Shown one piece after another: positions 1 through 12,900 of a stretch of DNA of 64,000 nucleotides. Each line of letters starts with the position of its first letter. Positions within the stretch are counted from its first letter, which is position 1. Source of the DNA: Phoronis australis (Eukaryota; Animalia; Phoronida); the NCBI GenBank assembly GCA_002633005.1, contig NMRA01000284.1:268978-332977 (forward strand), read 5' to 3'. The translations under genes and the position numbers were made by a program. The notes beneath the pieces were generated by a model. The model was not told the DNA's origin. It was given only the letters and a program-made list of their open reading frames with translations, and ran no database searches.

Positions 1-394
1 CCTCTTTTCAAATATTACAGTAAAAACTACGTAAAATTCTCTCCATAAAAAGTACAGTTGTTAGGCTAGACTGTAATCAGCTGATCATATCCGCATGAGC
101 GAAGTCAATTATCCTCGCTCGTGACTCGATGAATAGAGCAGCTTGGCGGCATCCCTTTGAGCATGAGCCGAGCGCGTCTCAGCCAAGGTGGATAAATACG
201 GTCTAGTTCAATTTTCCATACCCCGCCGTTTACCTTAAACACCGGGGTTAGAACCAATTTTATTTAGTGGGAATGTTCATAGCATGGCTTTTACCTGGTC
301 AGTGTCCTCTGCTACAGGCTCGCCTAATTCTGACCTGACCTGAACTGAACCTAGGCCACGACTGGCTGAGCTGGGGCTGATCGAGTTCACTTAC

Positions 395-538
395 CGCTTT
401 CTGAGAACCAAGCAATCTGTGACTTTTCTCGCATTCGCGGAGGTTGGTATTTGTAACCGTGCTACACACAGACACGCTGTTGCTCCAAGAAGGCAAACGC
501 AACAGTGTCGCATTGAAGGACCGGAGCTGAAAGGTCAT
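395..538 (-). CDS. Candidate first coding exon of a gene divergent from EDEM3 (rest lies left of the window)
   Basis: Minus-strand aaaATG at 538 is open for 48 codons (MTFQLRSFNATLLRLPSWSNSVSVCSTVTNTNLRECEKSHRLLGSQKA) and ends at a consensus donor GCG|GTAAGT (394-389). It lies in a CpG-containing region about 400 bp from the EDEM3 ATG. No homology recognised. Confidence 0.35.
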
Positions 539-934
539 TTTGTCACCAAGCCGCAAGGTCACGACAACATTCTCACATGAAAACAACTAGTATGGCGCGG
601 TGTTCTTTCCCATGTGGGAGCTTAAAAATGCTACTGTGACTTTTATAAATATTTTAATCTATTTTTAAATTTTGAAAAGTTGTATCAAATTTTGGTTTTA
701 AATAAATATTCTAAACTGAAATCTAGAATTTAAGTATGCTTTGTTGTTTGTACTGCTGTTATAAATATTATTAAAACGATACTTGGTTTGGGTATAACTT
801 TGTTATTTCAAGCAAATCTATGTCTCGATATAGACGTTGATATGCGAGAACAAAATTGACAACATGGCAAGAAGTTGACAGGGCCCTTTTAAACTAATTT
901 TCTTTCATTGTTGTTTTGAGGCGTAAGAACCACC

Positions 935-3900
935 ATGGTTTGTAAAAATCTGGTGGAACTTGTGCTGATTGTGTCAATTATTGTCTTCATATCTGTGGAT
1001 AAAACAAAGGCAAAAACCAAGGATGAAAGACGTCGTCTCAAGTAAGTAAATTCTTTTTGAGTGATCTCGTCTTGTTGACGTCTGCCTGGTATTGATTTGT
1101 TTACAGTCATTGGTAAACAATATTTATGTCTGTAAGCAATCCCCCACAGGACCCAAGATCCAAAAATTTTGGCCTGCGACTAGTGACAGACTTCAAGTAG
1201 GTTGTGGGAGCTGCAGACTCCTCTCGTCTAGGGAGATTGCAGATGTCTCACTTCTACTCACTCTCTACTCTCTAGTCTAAATTAACTCCTCCAGCTCGCC
1301 TCCGTGTCAACTTAGTCCCAGTGGCAGTATACTTGGACGATGAAGATTTTATAATTAGATTTATCATAAGTCCCTTTCCCAGCCAACTATCAATACTGGT
1401 GCAAGTGGTAGGTTGGTTAGACTCCATTTAGAAAACTGAAAGTTTTGAGTGTTTGTTAGTGTGGAAACGAGTATGAAACCTAGCAAAGTTAATGGACTAT
1501 AGGCAATGACCATCGCCTCTGTTAGCCCGAACCAGAGGCGATGCAGAGGCTATAGGCGCTCTGTACGCCGGAAGCTTTTCGGCGAAGTATGCCTCGCACT
1601 GACTAAACCATCAGAGTCACGTTGTTATAAATGCCTTTTGCGCATAGAGGAACACCTGAGGAGGTTGTCGATGTGTTTAATTCCTTCCAACTCGAACAAA
1701 TACTCCCATTATCAAACTTTTTCTTCTAGCAGTCCCTATTTCAGTTCCCAAAATCGTGAACTCACCATTTTTATACTGCGCATGCTCCAATTTTTACCGC
1801 GCTCGCTAGGTGATGTGACTTCCTGACCTCAATCTTTAAATAGGCCAAAGGTGAGCCATTGCGGTCTTGTCAGTCAAATGTTCGTTTCCAAAATGCCACC
1901 ACTTATACTTGTCTTTAATTGGCGTTACTTGAAACTGATTGTATTTCAATGAATTATTGTTTGTATTTGATAAAAATAAATGCTGTTGATATGACATTTA
2001 ATAGTCTTTGTGCACATATTTGACATTTTAATGTTTAACAACACGGCAAATGCACGGCTGGTTCCCGGCAGCACGTACGCGAAGGGCGGGAACTTCAGCT
2101 TTCAAAGTTCGCCGTTAGGTCCGCAACTTCTGACCTTCGGCCTGGTTAAAAAAATGAAAATGTTGATTTCACGATTTTGGGAACTGAAATAGGGACTGCT
2201 CGAAGAAAAAGTTTCATAACGGGAGTATTTGTTAGAGTTGGAAGGAATTAAACACATCGACAACCTCCTAAGGTGTTCCTCTATGCGCAAAAGGTATTTA
2301 TAACGACGTGACTTTGATGGTTTAGTCGGTGCGAGGCATAATTCGCCGAAAAGCTTCCGGCGTACAGAGCGCCTATAGCCTCTGCATCGCCTCTGGTTCG
2401 GGCCAACAGAGGCGATGGTCATTGCCTAAATGGACTACTAGTATTGTCTTTTTGTCATGTACATTGTCTTACCCAGTGTCCTCCCTTCACAGTTAACCTG
2501 TGGGTGCCAACGCACTCACCTGTTAAATTTCTGGCTATCTAATTCAATTTCTTGCGGGCATTCATGAAAATGTCAGTCCAGATATATAACTCCACTATAG
2601 CAGGCAGGGCCCTCCATTTGGGGGCCAAATTTTGGCCCCATTCCCCTCTGAAAATATTCAAATCATGTGAAATTCCCCTCACCATTTCCAAAAATTCACC
2701 TCAAGTAATGAAAAAATAGACTTTGGACATGATAATGCTTAAAATTCGTGGCAGATAGTTTGACGTATGTTATTTCAATTCATAAGTAAAAGTGAAGAAC
2801 ACTTTAGGAAGCATCAACATCATTCATCCACTACATGTCAACAATGGTCACTTTTGCGAAATCATCTAAGAGTACCATTTTTGCCTTCTATGTCTTAGGT
2901 TTTTTCTCTTAAATTGTATTCCATTGGGGGAAAGTACCTCCCTGTTTAAAAGACATCTTAAATGATACGGGTGTACATAGCTTGTAAATAAAAGACAGTT
3001 ATACGTTGTATTGCTTTTTATTAAAAAGAATATATTGGTGCTTTGCACATTGGATCATATTGTGTTGCACTACAGTCATGAAGGGTATAATTAAATACAA
3101 GTCCTTATTATAATGTAATCTTTATTTCTAAGAATGGCACCATAATGCCCTGATCCACTTCCATCACTCCCAGGTGGCAGCACATGCCACTATATACCAC
3201 ACATGTGACCTTTTTTCTCGTTAAAAGTATAAAATCAGCATCCGTCAAAAAGAAATTCTGAATTCAACCACTTACGGTTATAAAACTGCTCTCAATTTGT
3301 TCTTCAAACTTTGATTAGAATTGAGAGTCCAGTTGTGCTTTGGATCATGTTTAGCATAAAGAAATATCTGCCATGACAAGCGAGTTTATTGAGGGTGGTC
3401 TCTAACAATAACAAACTGTTACTTTCAAGCCCATAGCCCCCAGCCCCCTATGGTGCGCCACTCATGGTTATTCAATGGAGAAAACTGGTTCTGAAAATGT
3501 TGGACCCCTGTAAGAGACTAGCGCTCGACAAAAGCGAAAATGCCTGCTCGCAAATACGAGTAACGACATATTCTGTACTTGTATTTTGAGATTTGAACTC
3601 GTAAAAGGTAACAAGTTAAAATGAAATGTCGGACGGTCGCTGTACGTGTGAGGTCAATTTGCTACTCGTATTTTACTTTTTCTGCTCATACTTTCGAGCG
3701 TCTACTCGCTTTGTGTCGAGCCCTCGTAACTATTACCTGCTGGCTTATTGTTACATCAACTAATGTGTTGTCTGCTCATGATGTGACGTGAATAGATCTG
3801 CTGAGTTGTCTGTTTTTAAAGTGCGTGATTGATGACCTGTCGCATTGGTTGGAGAGGTTTTGTTATTGTGTGTTTGACCTAAGAAATCATAATTCAAGGA

Positions 3901-6900
3901 TGTTTAACGCGGATCTTACTCCCTGAGGCTCCATCTGCTGCAAATTAGAAATGATGTTTTCTTTTTGTCACTCAGTAATGAAACTGCATTGCTTTAATGC
4001 AGTTGAATGTTCTTGATTTCAGAGAAAAAGCAGTGGAAATGTTCCTGCATGCCTACAATTCCTATATGGTAAGTGTATCTCATTTGTTTGTGTTTTCAAC
4101 ATTCATTGTCTTTTAAAATGTTTACGAGAGATCACATGCCTGATGGTAAAAAGTGCTGACGTGCAGCTCCACCTATTGTCTTTCAACTCATTGTTTTGTG
4201 GTCACATAGTGACAAATTGTGGCAGTCATAAGTACATTAATAGTGGTGATGGTGAAGTCTGTGCTGGCACGGGAAATGAAGTAGAATAATTTCAAAAAGA
4301 TGGTTGTCAATGTCTTTGAAGCTGTTATCTTTTTCATTTTCTTTTTTCACCTACGCTAACTGAACGTAAAGTAAAAAAGTAAAGTATAGACCAGGGTAGG
4401 ATATTTGGTTTCAATACATTTTTGCAGACCACATCCATCTTTTACTCTACAGTGAAATCTTACCAGTTTAGGCCAACTGAAATTTCATTTTGAGCAGTTT
4501 TTCATAAAAAGTTATGTAGCACCAAATGTGTGGTTTTCCATGTCCTAATTCTAAATCACAGCTATGACCAGACAATATTTTGACACATTATGGGCATACT
4601 TAACTACGCTAGAAGTCTTTAAAAAATAAAAGGGGCAATTTTGGCGATTGTTTTTGTCTGAAATTGGTAAGACTTAACTGTAATTCCAGATATGAATATT
4701 TAGTATTAATCACTTTTACCAGTTTCTACATTAGCATGTCAAAACAAGTGCAGTGCACTGACTCCGTGTCTATTTCTGTTGTTGCAGCAATATGCCTATC
4801 CTGCCGATGAATTGATGCCACTAACATGTCAGGGTCGCACAAGAGATACCAAGCCAGGCCGTGGGGATATTGACGATGCCTTAGGCCAGTAGGTGTCTCT
4901 CACAAACACCTGACATGCTGTGATTCCCATCCTACTTCCTGTCTAGGTCCGAAAATCGTAAATTGCATGAAATATAGACAGCGTGGACAACCAGTTCTGT
5001 ATATTCTCAATGCAGGAAGTTATGTGGTTATTGCACACAAGCTGCAATGTCCTCTATTTTTGGATTACAATCAGTATTTATTGTGATAAGGAGAGTGAAG
5101 TATTTTGTGTGGATGAGTAACCAAGTGTGTAATTTGTATTTTGGCAGTGTCAGTGAGATAGATACTTCCCTTAATTGCAGATGTTATGATGTTACTTTGT
5201 GATTATGCAGTAGTCGTAGCTGTATCCTTTTGATGTGTACTTTGCAATTGACTACAAAATTCATTCACTCTTTTCAAAACAAGAATTAACTGTTATTTGA
5301 AATTCACCCACTACATACTGGGAAGCATTTATTGTGTGCAGCGAGGTAAAGTGCAGACCTTGCAAATTTCCAATCTACAATCACAGTACATCTGTGATTT
5401 TGTAAAGCCGTTTCCTGGGTCTTTTAAACAGTGTTCTCCATAACCTGTTTTGACTCATCACTGCACCGAGTTTGAATTTTGTTGTGACTAGTTTTGCATT
5501 CTTGTGTCGAGTTTGAAAACTGCTATGAGTTTGAAGTTTTGAGAGATGTTATTTTTGAAACAAATTAGGTCATTTTGGATGTTTGGTACCAGTGGATCCA
5601 TGCCATGACTTAGCACACAAACTCCCCACACTATTGGTATCAATTTTTGAGCACGTACATGAATTTTGTAATTGATTTTCGGGTGTGGAGAATACTGTAA
5701 ATGCTGTCAATAATGGTATATACTGACCTCAGTTAAAATATAAGTTTCACCGTCATTTACTTGTTTTCTTTGAGATTGTGTGTTGTGTTTCAGGTTCTCT
5801 CTGACTCTGATCGACACCCTTGACACACTCGCTGTATTGGGTCTGCTGGAGGAGTTTGAACATGCTATCAAGCTGGTCATTAGAGACGTGTCATTTGACA
5901 CTGATGTGGTCGTGTCCGTGTTTGAAACTAACATCAGGGTATTGGGGTAGGTAGTAACTGAAATGTACATTAGAGACGTGTCATTTGACATTGACGTGGC
6001 CATGTCCGTGTTTGAAACTAACACCAGAGTATTGGGGTAGGTAGTATCTGATGTACATATGAGACGTGTCATTTGACACTGACCTAGTCGTGTCCGCATT
6101 TGGGTTATTGGGTATTGGGGTGTAGGTAGTAGCTGGTGTACATTAGAGACATGTTGTTTGGTAACGGTGATTGTGAAGACAACATGACCATGAAATTATG
6201 GCTGCACTGTAATCAGTGATGATTACTGAAATCTGCTGTTGTGTTTGCCACAGGGGCTTACTTGGTGCTCATGTGGTTGCACTAGACCTGAAGAAGACAC
6301 AGAATGTGCTTCACTGGTACACAGATCAACTGTTGAAGATGGCAAAGGACTTGGGTTACCGCATGCTTCCGGCATTCAACACGTCCACTGGTATACCCTA
6401 CCCACGGGTAAGTAGGACCCTGGGACTGTGCAGTGGTGGGCCATTTGTCATATGGTAATGCTATATGCTAGCGATTGTCGACTGCTTTTATTATTAATTA
6501 TTTTAGAGGCCCTGGCTTTCCACTTGAGCAGAAAATGGATGGTATTCACGGAATATGACTTCTTTCATGGAAGTACACATTTTGAACGAAATTATTTCAG
6601 TTGCTCATATAATAATTCTGATGCTGTTACTTATTAAAATTAAAACTGTAACACATCATATTTAATAATTCCGGCCACAAATCAATTGACAGTCATTTTG
6701 CATCAGATATTTTCAAGTTGTTCTTCGTACTTTCTGAAGGTGACTTTGTTCTTTTTTCAATTTTAAGAAACGATAATCATGTGGTGCAGTAAGTTATCAG
6801 TGAAACTGAGCGACAGTATAATTTAGCTAAAAAGACAATTCCCAGGTCATTTTAAAACAGTAAAACTGAGTTTGTTTAAATCTTTACAAAACAGGAAAAT

Positions 6901-9900
6901 AACAGAATTTGATGTTTGCTAGATCGGATTTCTCTGCAGTTTTTGAAAACGGAAAACTAGGGTCTCTACAGGAGACTTATAATCAAAAACCCTTTTTCCG
7001 TGTCGGAGTTACTGAATGAAGTAATCTCAAGGGTTATATTTAAGTATTACATTTACTAAGTCTGTGTTTATCTTTGCCCACTATTGGTCATAGAATCAAG
7101 GGATATTATCCAATGTGTACACTGAGGCAATTTTGTGTTAGTAACTCCTCAAATAAGTCATGTATGGTCATTCACCTTCTGAAACAAAGTCAAAATTTAT
7201 AAGTATGTAAAAGAAATCTGTTAAAACTCCCTCGTTTCTGTTTTTATTTCAGATGAAAAACTGATGCAGAGACTGTCAGTTAAAAACAGATGATATAAAA
7301 CATTACAGCACTTTTAAATACAGTATTTTGTTGAAATCTTTCATTTCTCCTTAATCACTTCACAAAAAAAGAGTCTTGTTCCCATCGTTACCATTGATAA
7401 CAAGCATTCGACTTTATGATGTAGTTATTTTCACTGCTTGTATACACCAGGTGAATCTTCGGCACGGTTTGTGTAAAGTAAACTCCAGGGCTGGCCATGA
7501 GAGGGACACTTGTACAGCGTGTGCGGGCACCATGATCCTAGAATTCGCAGCGTTGAGTCGGTTGTCTGGAGACCCGGTGTTTGAGGTGAGTGTCATGACG
7601 GTTGCTCCTAAGACCGTGTCGTCAACGGGAATTGATGTTGCTTTATATTTTCAAAGAAGTTCTGCTGAATGTGGCAATTTCCATTTCAAAATTCTGTTTT
7701 GGCATGACTGGGACAAGACATGTGTTTCATAGGTGGAGTTGAGTTAGGTGACAATCGTAAACACGTGACAGTACACACCAAATGCATTTAGACAAAATTG
7801 TCTGAAATGCTCCATCACGACATCTGGGCGGAAGTGCAATAGTCTACGCTGATGACCTGGAAATAACAGAACAGTTAGGAAACAACGCCATTTTGTATTC
7901 AGAATTTTGCTGCCTTATTACCTGTCATTTTAACAGAATTGGATGTCGTGGCAAGGAAAGGTAATTGTTTAAAAATACTTTTGTCGTGTTGTGCCATTCT
8001 CACCGCTAAAACATTTGCATCATGCTCTCTGTTCTCGTGATAAAAAGCGTGGCTGAGTGTACTGCGTAAAATTTCACGTTAAGACATTTTAGTTCTACAT
8101 CATAAGCTAAGGGCTGTTCCAGTAAAATCTGTATGGGAGGGGGGGAAGGCACCTTTTTTTCGCACCCACCACCCATATTTTTCATTTATTTCTTCAGCCT
8201 ACCACCCGTAATTTTTTATAAGTTTGAAATGCAACCACCCGTAATTTTTTTTTTGTTCTTGTGGTAGACTGCACAGGCGCTTGAGTTTGTCTGTTCCTCC
8301 ATCACCACTAACGTCATTCATTACTAAGAAAACATATGTTTCTTATATATGGTTATTAGCCATCGAAAAATTCGAGCACCTGTGGTTAAATGGTGTTATG
8401 GGCATGCCGATGAGGAGATCAGAGGGAGTGAAAAAGTCGGAGCTTTTTGCAAGTTGCATTTTTGTTTCAATTTTTGATTCTGTGCGGATTGTTTATAAAA
8501 TTTACTAAAATTACCCACCATCAAACATTTATGGCCCAATGAAACAACAACGACCAGTAAATTTTTATTTTTTTGAAGTACGACCACCAGCCATTTTGAA
8601 TTTAAATCAAACGCAACCACCCATAAATTTTTATTTCAGTTGCCTTCCCCACCCTTTTTTTTGCTGGAACAGCCCTAACTTTAACTTGTTCTCGGGTAGA
8701 TATATTGCTTTTCGCCTAAACAGCAATAATGCAGGAATTCCATCAGTCATGTGAATACTGACCTTTTCTCTTGAGTTCTGTGCTCAATCCTAGCTATTAA
8801 TAGAAGAGAAACATTCTGGTCACCCCTTCCTGGTCACCCCTTCCTGGTCTCGAGCACATGTAGTAAAAAAGTAAAAAGCATCACTTTTGCTCATCTGAGA
8901 TGGATTGTTTGAAAAAGTAGACAACTGACTGAAGACAAATACTGCCCCATTTTCAATTGTCATCACCAACTGTTTGTGACCTTAGTGCATATTATCTGAT
9001 TAAGGAAACAAACTTATAAGGGTGATTAGTAATTTCTCCCTTAAGATATTTTTCACTTTGAAAATTGATGAAATGCAGATAAAATCTGACTTTTATTACA
9101 CAAATAAAGTGTTAAATAGGAAGGATCTGTTCAACTGGTCTTGCAGAATTAATATGTCCAACAAATAAGTGACAGCAAATTTTGCTTGTAGGAAAAAGCC
9201 CAGCGTGCCATGGAGTTTCTATGGAAACAGCGCCACCGTTCGACTGACTTGGTGGGCACGGTGATCAACATACACAACGGTGACTGGGTGAGACGGGAGA
9301 GCGGAGTAGGGGCAGGTATTGACTCGTACTATGAGTACCTGCTCAAGGCTTATATACTGCTGGGTGACGACACTTACCTGGACAGGTTCAACAAGGTGTG
9401 TGGGGGGGGTTTGATTGTCTGGAATTCTTTTGAAAAAGATGAGGTTTTTAAACTGGTTTTGGCTCTAAATTAGTGCTGCAAAAAACTATATTTTTGTGGG
9501 TATTACTGCTATGTCTATCGGGGCATCTGGGCGTGCGGCATCTGATGTTCCAAAGTCACCATTTGTTTATTCTTCTCTCACAAATTCATGTTCAAACTAA
9601 AAAATGTCATCTTCTGCAAAAATGGCTGTTTATAAATAGTCGTGTGACATTTTTAAGCATCAGTTAAGATTTTCAGTCATCGATTGTAAAAAAATTTGGG
9701 TTTGAAAATGGACAGGTCTTCAGGTAGGATGACATTTGCATTCTTGGATGTGTGTGCATGCTGTTCACCTTTGGCACATACACATCTGGTGCATCACATT
9801 GAACAAATCATATCAAGAACAGGTTGGATGAGATCTGACCTGACTTCTCTGCCGTGACATTGATTTTTTCGTAACTAAAATTTCATTTATAGTCGTGGCA

Positions 9901-12900
9901 TCCTGTTCAACTTGGTGGTTTTGCACATTAAAGTTGTTGGCTTGTTGATTGCAGCATTATTCAGCCATCATGCAGTGGGTCAACCAGGGCCCTCTGTTGG
10001 TGGATGTCCACATGCACAGACCTGACAGGACGTCACGGAATTTCATGGATGCGCTTCTGGCATTCTGGCCGGGTTTGCAGGTAATGTATGGAAGTAGTAG
10101 TATCATATACTAAATAATGGAGATTTTTGTTGTAATATTTGTTATCACAAAATATTTGAAGTAAAAAATAAACAAGACCAGAGAGTGCATTAATATTTGG
10201 GTATGAATTTTCTTCCAACAGCAAAAATGTGATCAGTTGTAAAATTTCTCTTGTTTGTTGTGTGTGTTACCACAAAATCGTGCCCAGAAAGTGGGTTCGA
10301 AATGACTTCTATTGGTGAAAAAGTTCACAACTTGGTGAAATTGTCTCCCATGTAAGTTTTTGCTGCAGTTGTCTCCCATGTATTCACGTTTTACAGGTGC
10401 TGAAAGGTGACCTGAAGTCAGCCATTCAGATCCACGAGATGCTGTACCAGGTGACCAAGAGACACAACTTCCTGCCTGAGGCTTTCACTACTGACTTCCG
10501 TGTCCACTGGGGCCAGCATCCCCTTAGGCCAGAGTTTGTGGAGTCTACCTACTTCTTATACAAGGTACTTAACTCTCTGGGATCTGTGTCATGTCATTTA
10601 GGTTAGGTTTGGTTTCATTGACAAGTGTGTCTATTAGCTAACTATCTTCTTAACTATTGATTTTAGCTCTGAAAGTTAATTAATGTGGGAATAGCCTTTT
10701 CAGACCTTGGCACACCAAGACTATGTTAGGCGGGGTCTCTTAGGACATAAAAGGAATTCTGGCAGCAGTAAGAGATGCCCCAGCCAAGCAGCAAGTCATG
10801 CCTATTTATAAGGATATGCCCGAGTTAACTGGTTAACTGAGCATGTAAATCATTGTTAGAAAGTAGTGCGCTTGTAATTATTTCCACAAGATTAGGTTTA
10901 TTGCATTCAAAAGACAAAGGGTATGATAATGGGCTGTCTGCAGGTGACTGGGCTGAGTGGGGTGTAATTTGGAAATGCAACTTGTAAGTCGTGGTAGTAT
11001 GTGTTAGTGCTATCATTTTTAATTTTGATATTCTGCAGGCTACAGGTGACCCGTATTACCTGGAGGCAGGTGAGAGTGTACTTACTAACCTGGAGATGCA
11101 CGCCCGTGTACCATGTGGGTTTGCTGCCATCAAGGACGTGACCACCGGTCAACAGGAGGACCAGTGAGTATAGTGTGCACCAGTGATTGTTGCAGGGTTT
11201 GGGTCAAGTGGGGTCACAGGTCAAGAAGAAGGCCCGTGAGTACTGTGTGTTTATCATTGCGTGTGGGGTAAAAGGTCAGCAGCGGGACTGTCACGCTGCT
11301 GCTCTTAAAAAATATTAAGGTAGGTGTATACACAAAAAAAATTAATTTTGACTGTTTTTTACATTTTCATATCATCCTAATCTTTAATTCTTGATGCACA
11401 GTATACTGAAGAAAAATAAAATCATTCTGAAAATCCAAAGTTGTTTTTTTAACTATATTTGACCAAACCTCAGTAAGTCATATGGCTTGAGTGCTCACCA
11501 GCTCAGTGATTGACAACTGGGGCGGAGCTTATATACAAGGACACTAGCTCTAATCTAACCCTGTCAACAAGCATTGCGTAACCGGGCAATCGAGAGTGAT
11601 GTACCAGCTGATATTGGTGTTGTAGCAAGACCAAGAATAAAACAATTCTATTTTTGACCATGTGAAAGTTAGTAGTGAAATGGTGAACTAGCTCCTGTTC
11701 CGAGCCTGAGCCTGTTTGTCTATCTGCAAAAAAATTAAGTTGAGTACGCCAAGCCCTACCGAAGCCATCACTGCACTCAGCTTGAGGAGTCCGTGCAGAA
11801 ATTGTGCATGTATAAGAGAAGTCGGTAATATAAGGTCAGTTGTCTTGCGAGAGGACGCTGAGTGTCGACGTGGGTGGTGTTGCACGATTCGGTGAGAGTG
11901 CATACACGCGCTGTGAAGACAAGCCGCGCGCGCGACACATGGACAACTACATGCCGTCAGAGTAGAGTCTTCGCAGATAAACCGTGCTTCTGTGCTGGGA
12001 ACGTGCCGTGGAGAAACTAGGTTGTCAAACCCAGAGGATTTTTAACTTGCCACTGGCCGTAACCCAAAGAATTAGAGAAATGACCCAGTGTTCAACATAA
12101 CAAAAAATTTTCTAGTGCATAGATTCAAACGTAACCCTGAATTAAAACTCATGATATTATACGATTTTAGAGGAAAGCAATATAAGAAACTTTAGTAACT
12201 TGAGAACCTCACCCAAGCGGCGCTATTTGCGCAGAAAGTGATATTTTCTTATCCCAAAGTCCATTCGGTACAGGCACGTAAAAATGTTGAACCATTACTA
12301 TGAAAGTAGTTCTTTATCCTCGTCGCCAATATTGTTATGTAGGCAGTAACGCGGCGATTTGATATAACACATATATTGGTTGATGATAATATTGGAATAC
12401 TAACAAATAGGTCTGTGTAATATAGTTAGAGAGTCTTTTACAAACTGAGTGGAGAGTTCAGATGAATCGTATAAACAATCAACACATGGTGGTCGGCACA
12501 CCAGTACAGCAGACAATAGATCAACGCTAAGCTCCGCCCACGTGACAGCCATATTTGTTTTGGTCGTCTGTCGTGCATCACAAGTTCGAAAAAATGATTA
12601 AAATTACGCTGTAAACAAACAGGTATGTCACATTTTCTAAATATGAAGTAAATATCAGCTTTATTTCTAGTACTTCAACAAAAATTGGAACATAATGACC
12701 ACGCATTCTGAACGAAATTTGATCTCAAGTGGCAATCGATGACCGCTTAACTTCAAAGCCGTTTTTCTCGGCTCGTGATTTCAGGATAGTGACACGATTC
12801 TCGGGCCTATTTTTCCACAACACGTGGGTCAATTTTAACGAAAGTTGCAAATTTGAAATCCTCTTGGACTGAAGTAAAATCGCGTGCCAGGGTTTTTTGA

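Noticed and set aside
1506-2422. Two near-identical 106-aa ORFs on opposite strands
   Set aside because: They are translations of the two TIRs of a non-autonomous transposon; no domain similarity recognised.
5707-6099. 130-aa repetitive minus-strand ORF
   Set aside because: Antisense reading of EDEM3 exon 4 and its tandem copies.
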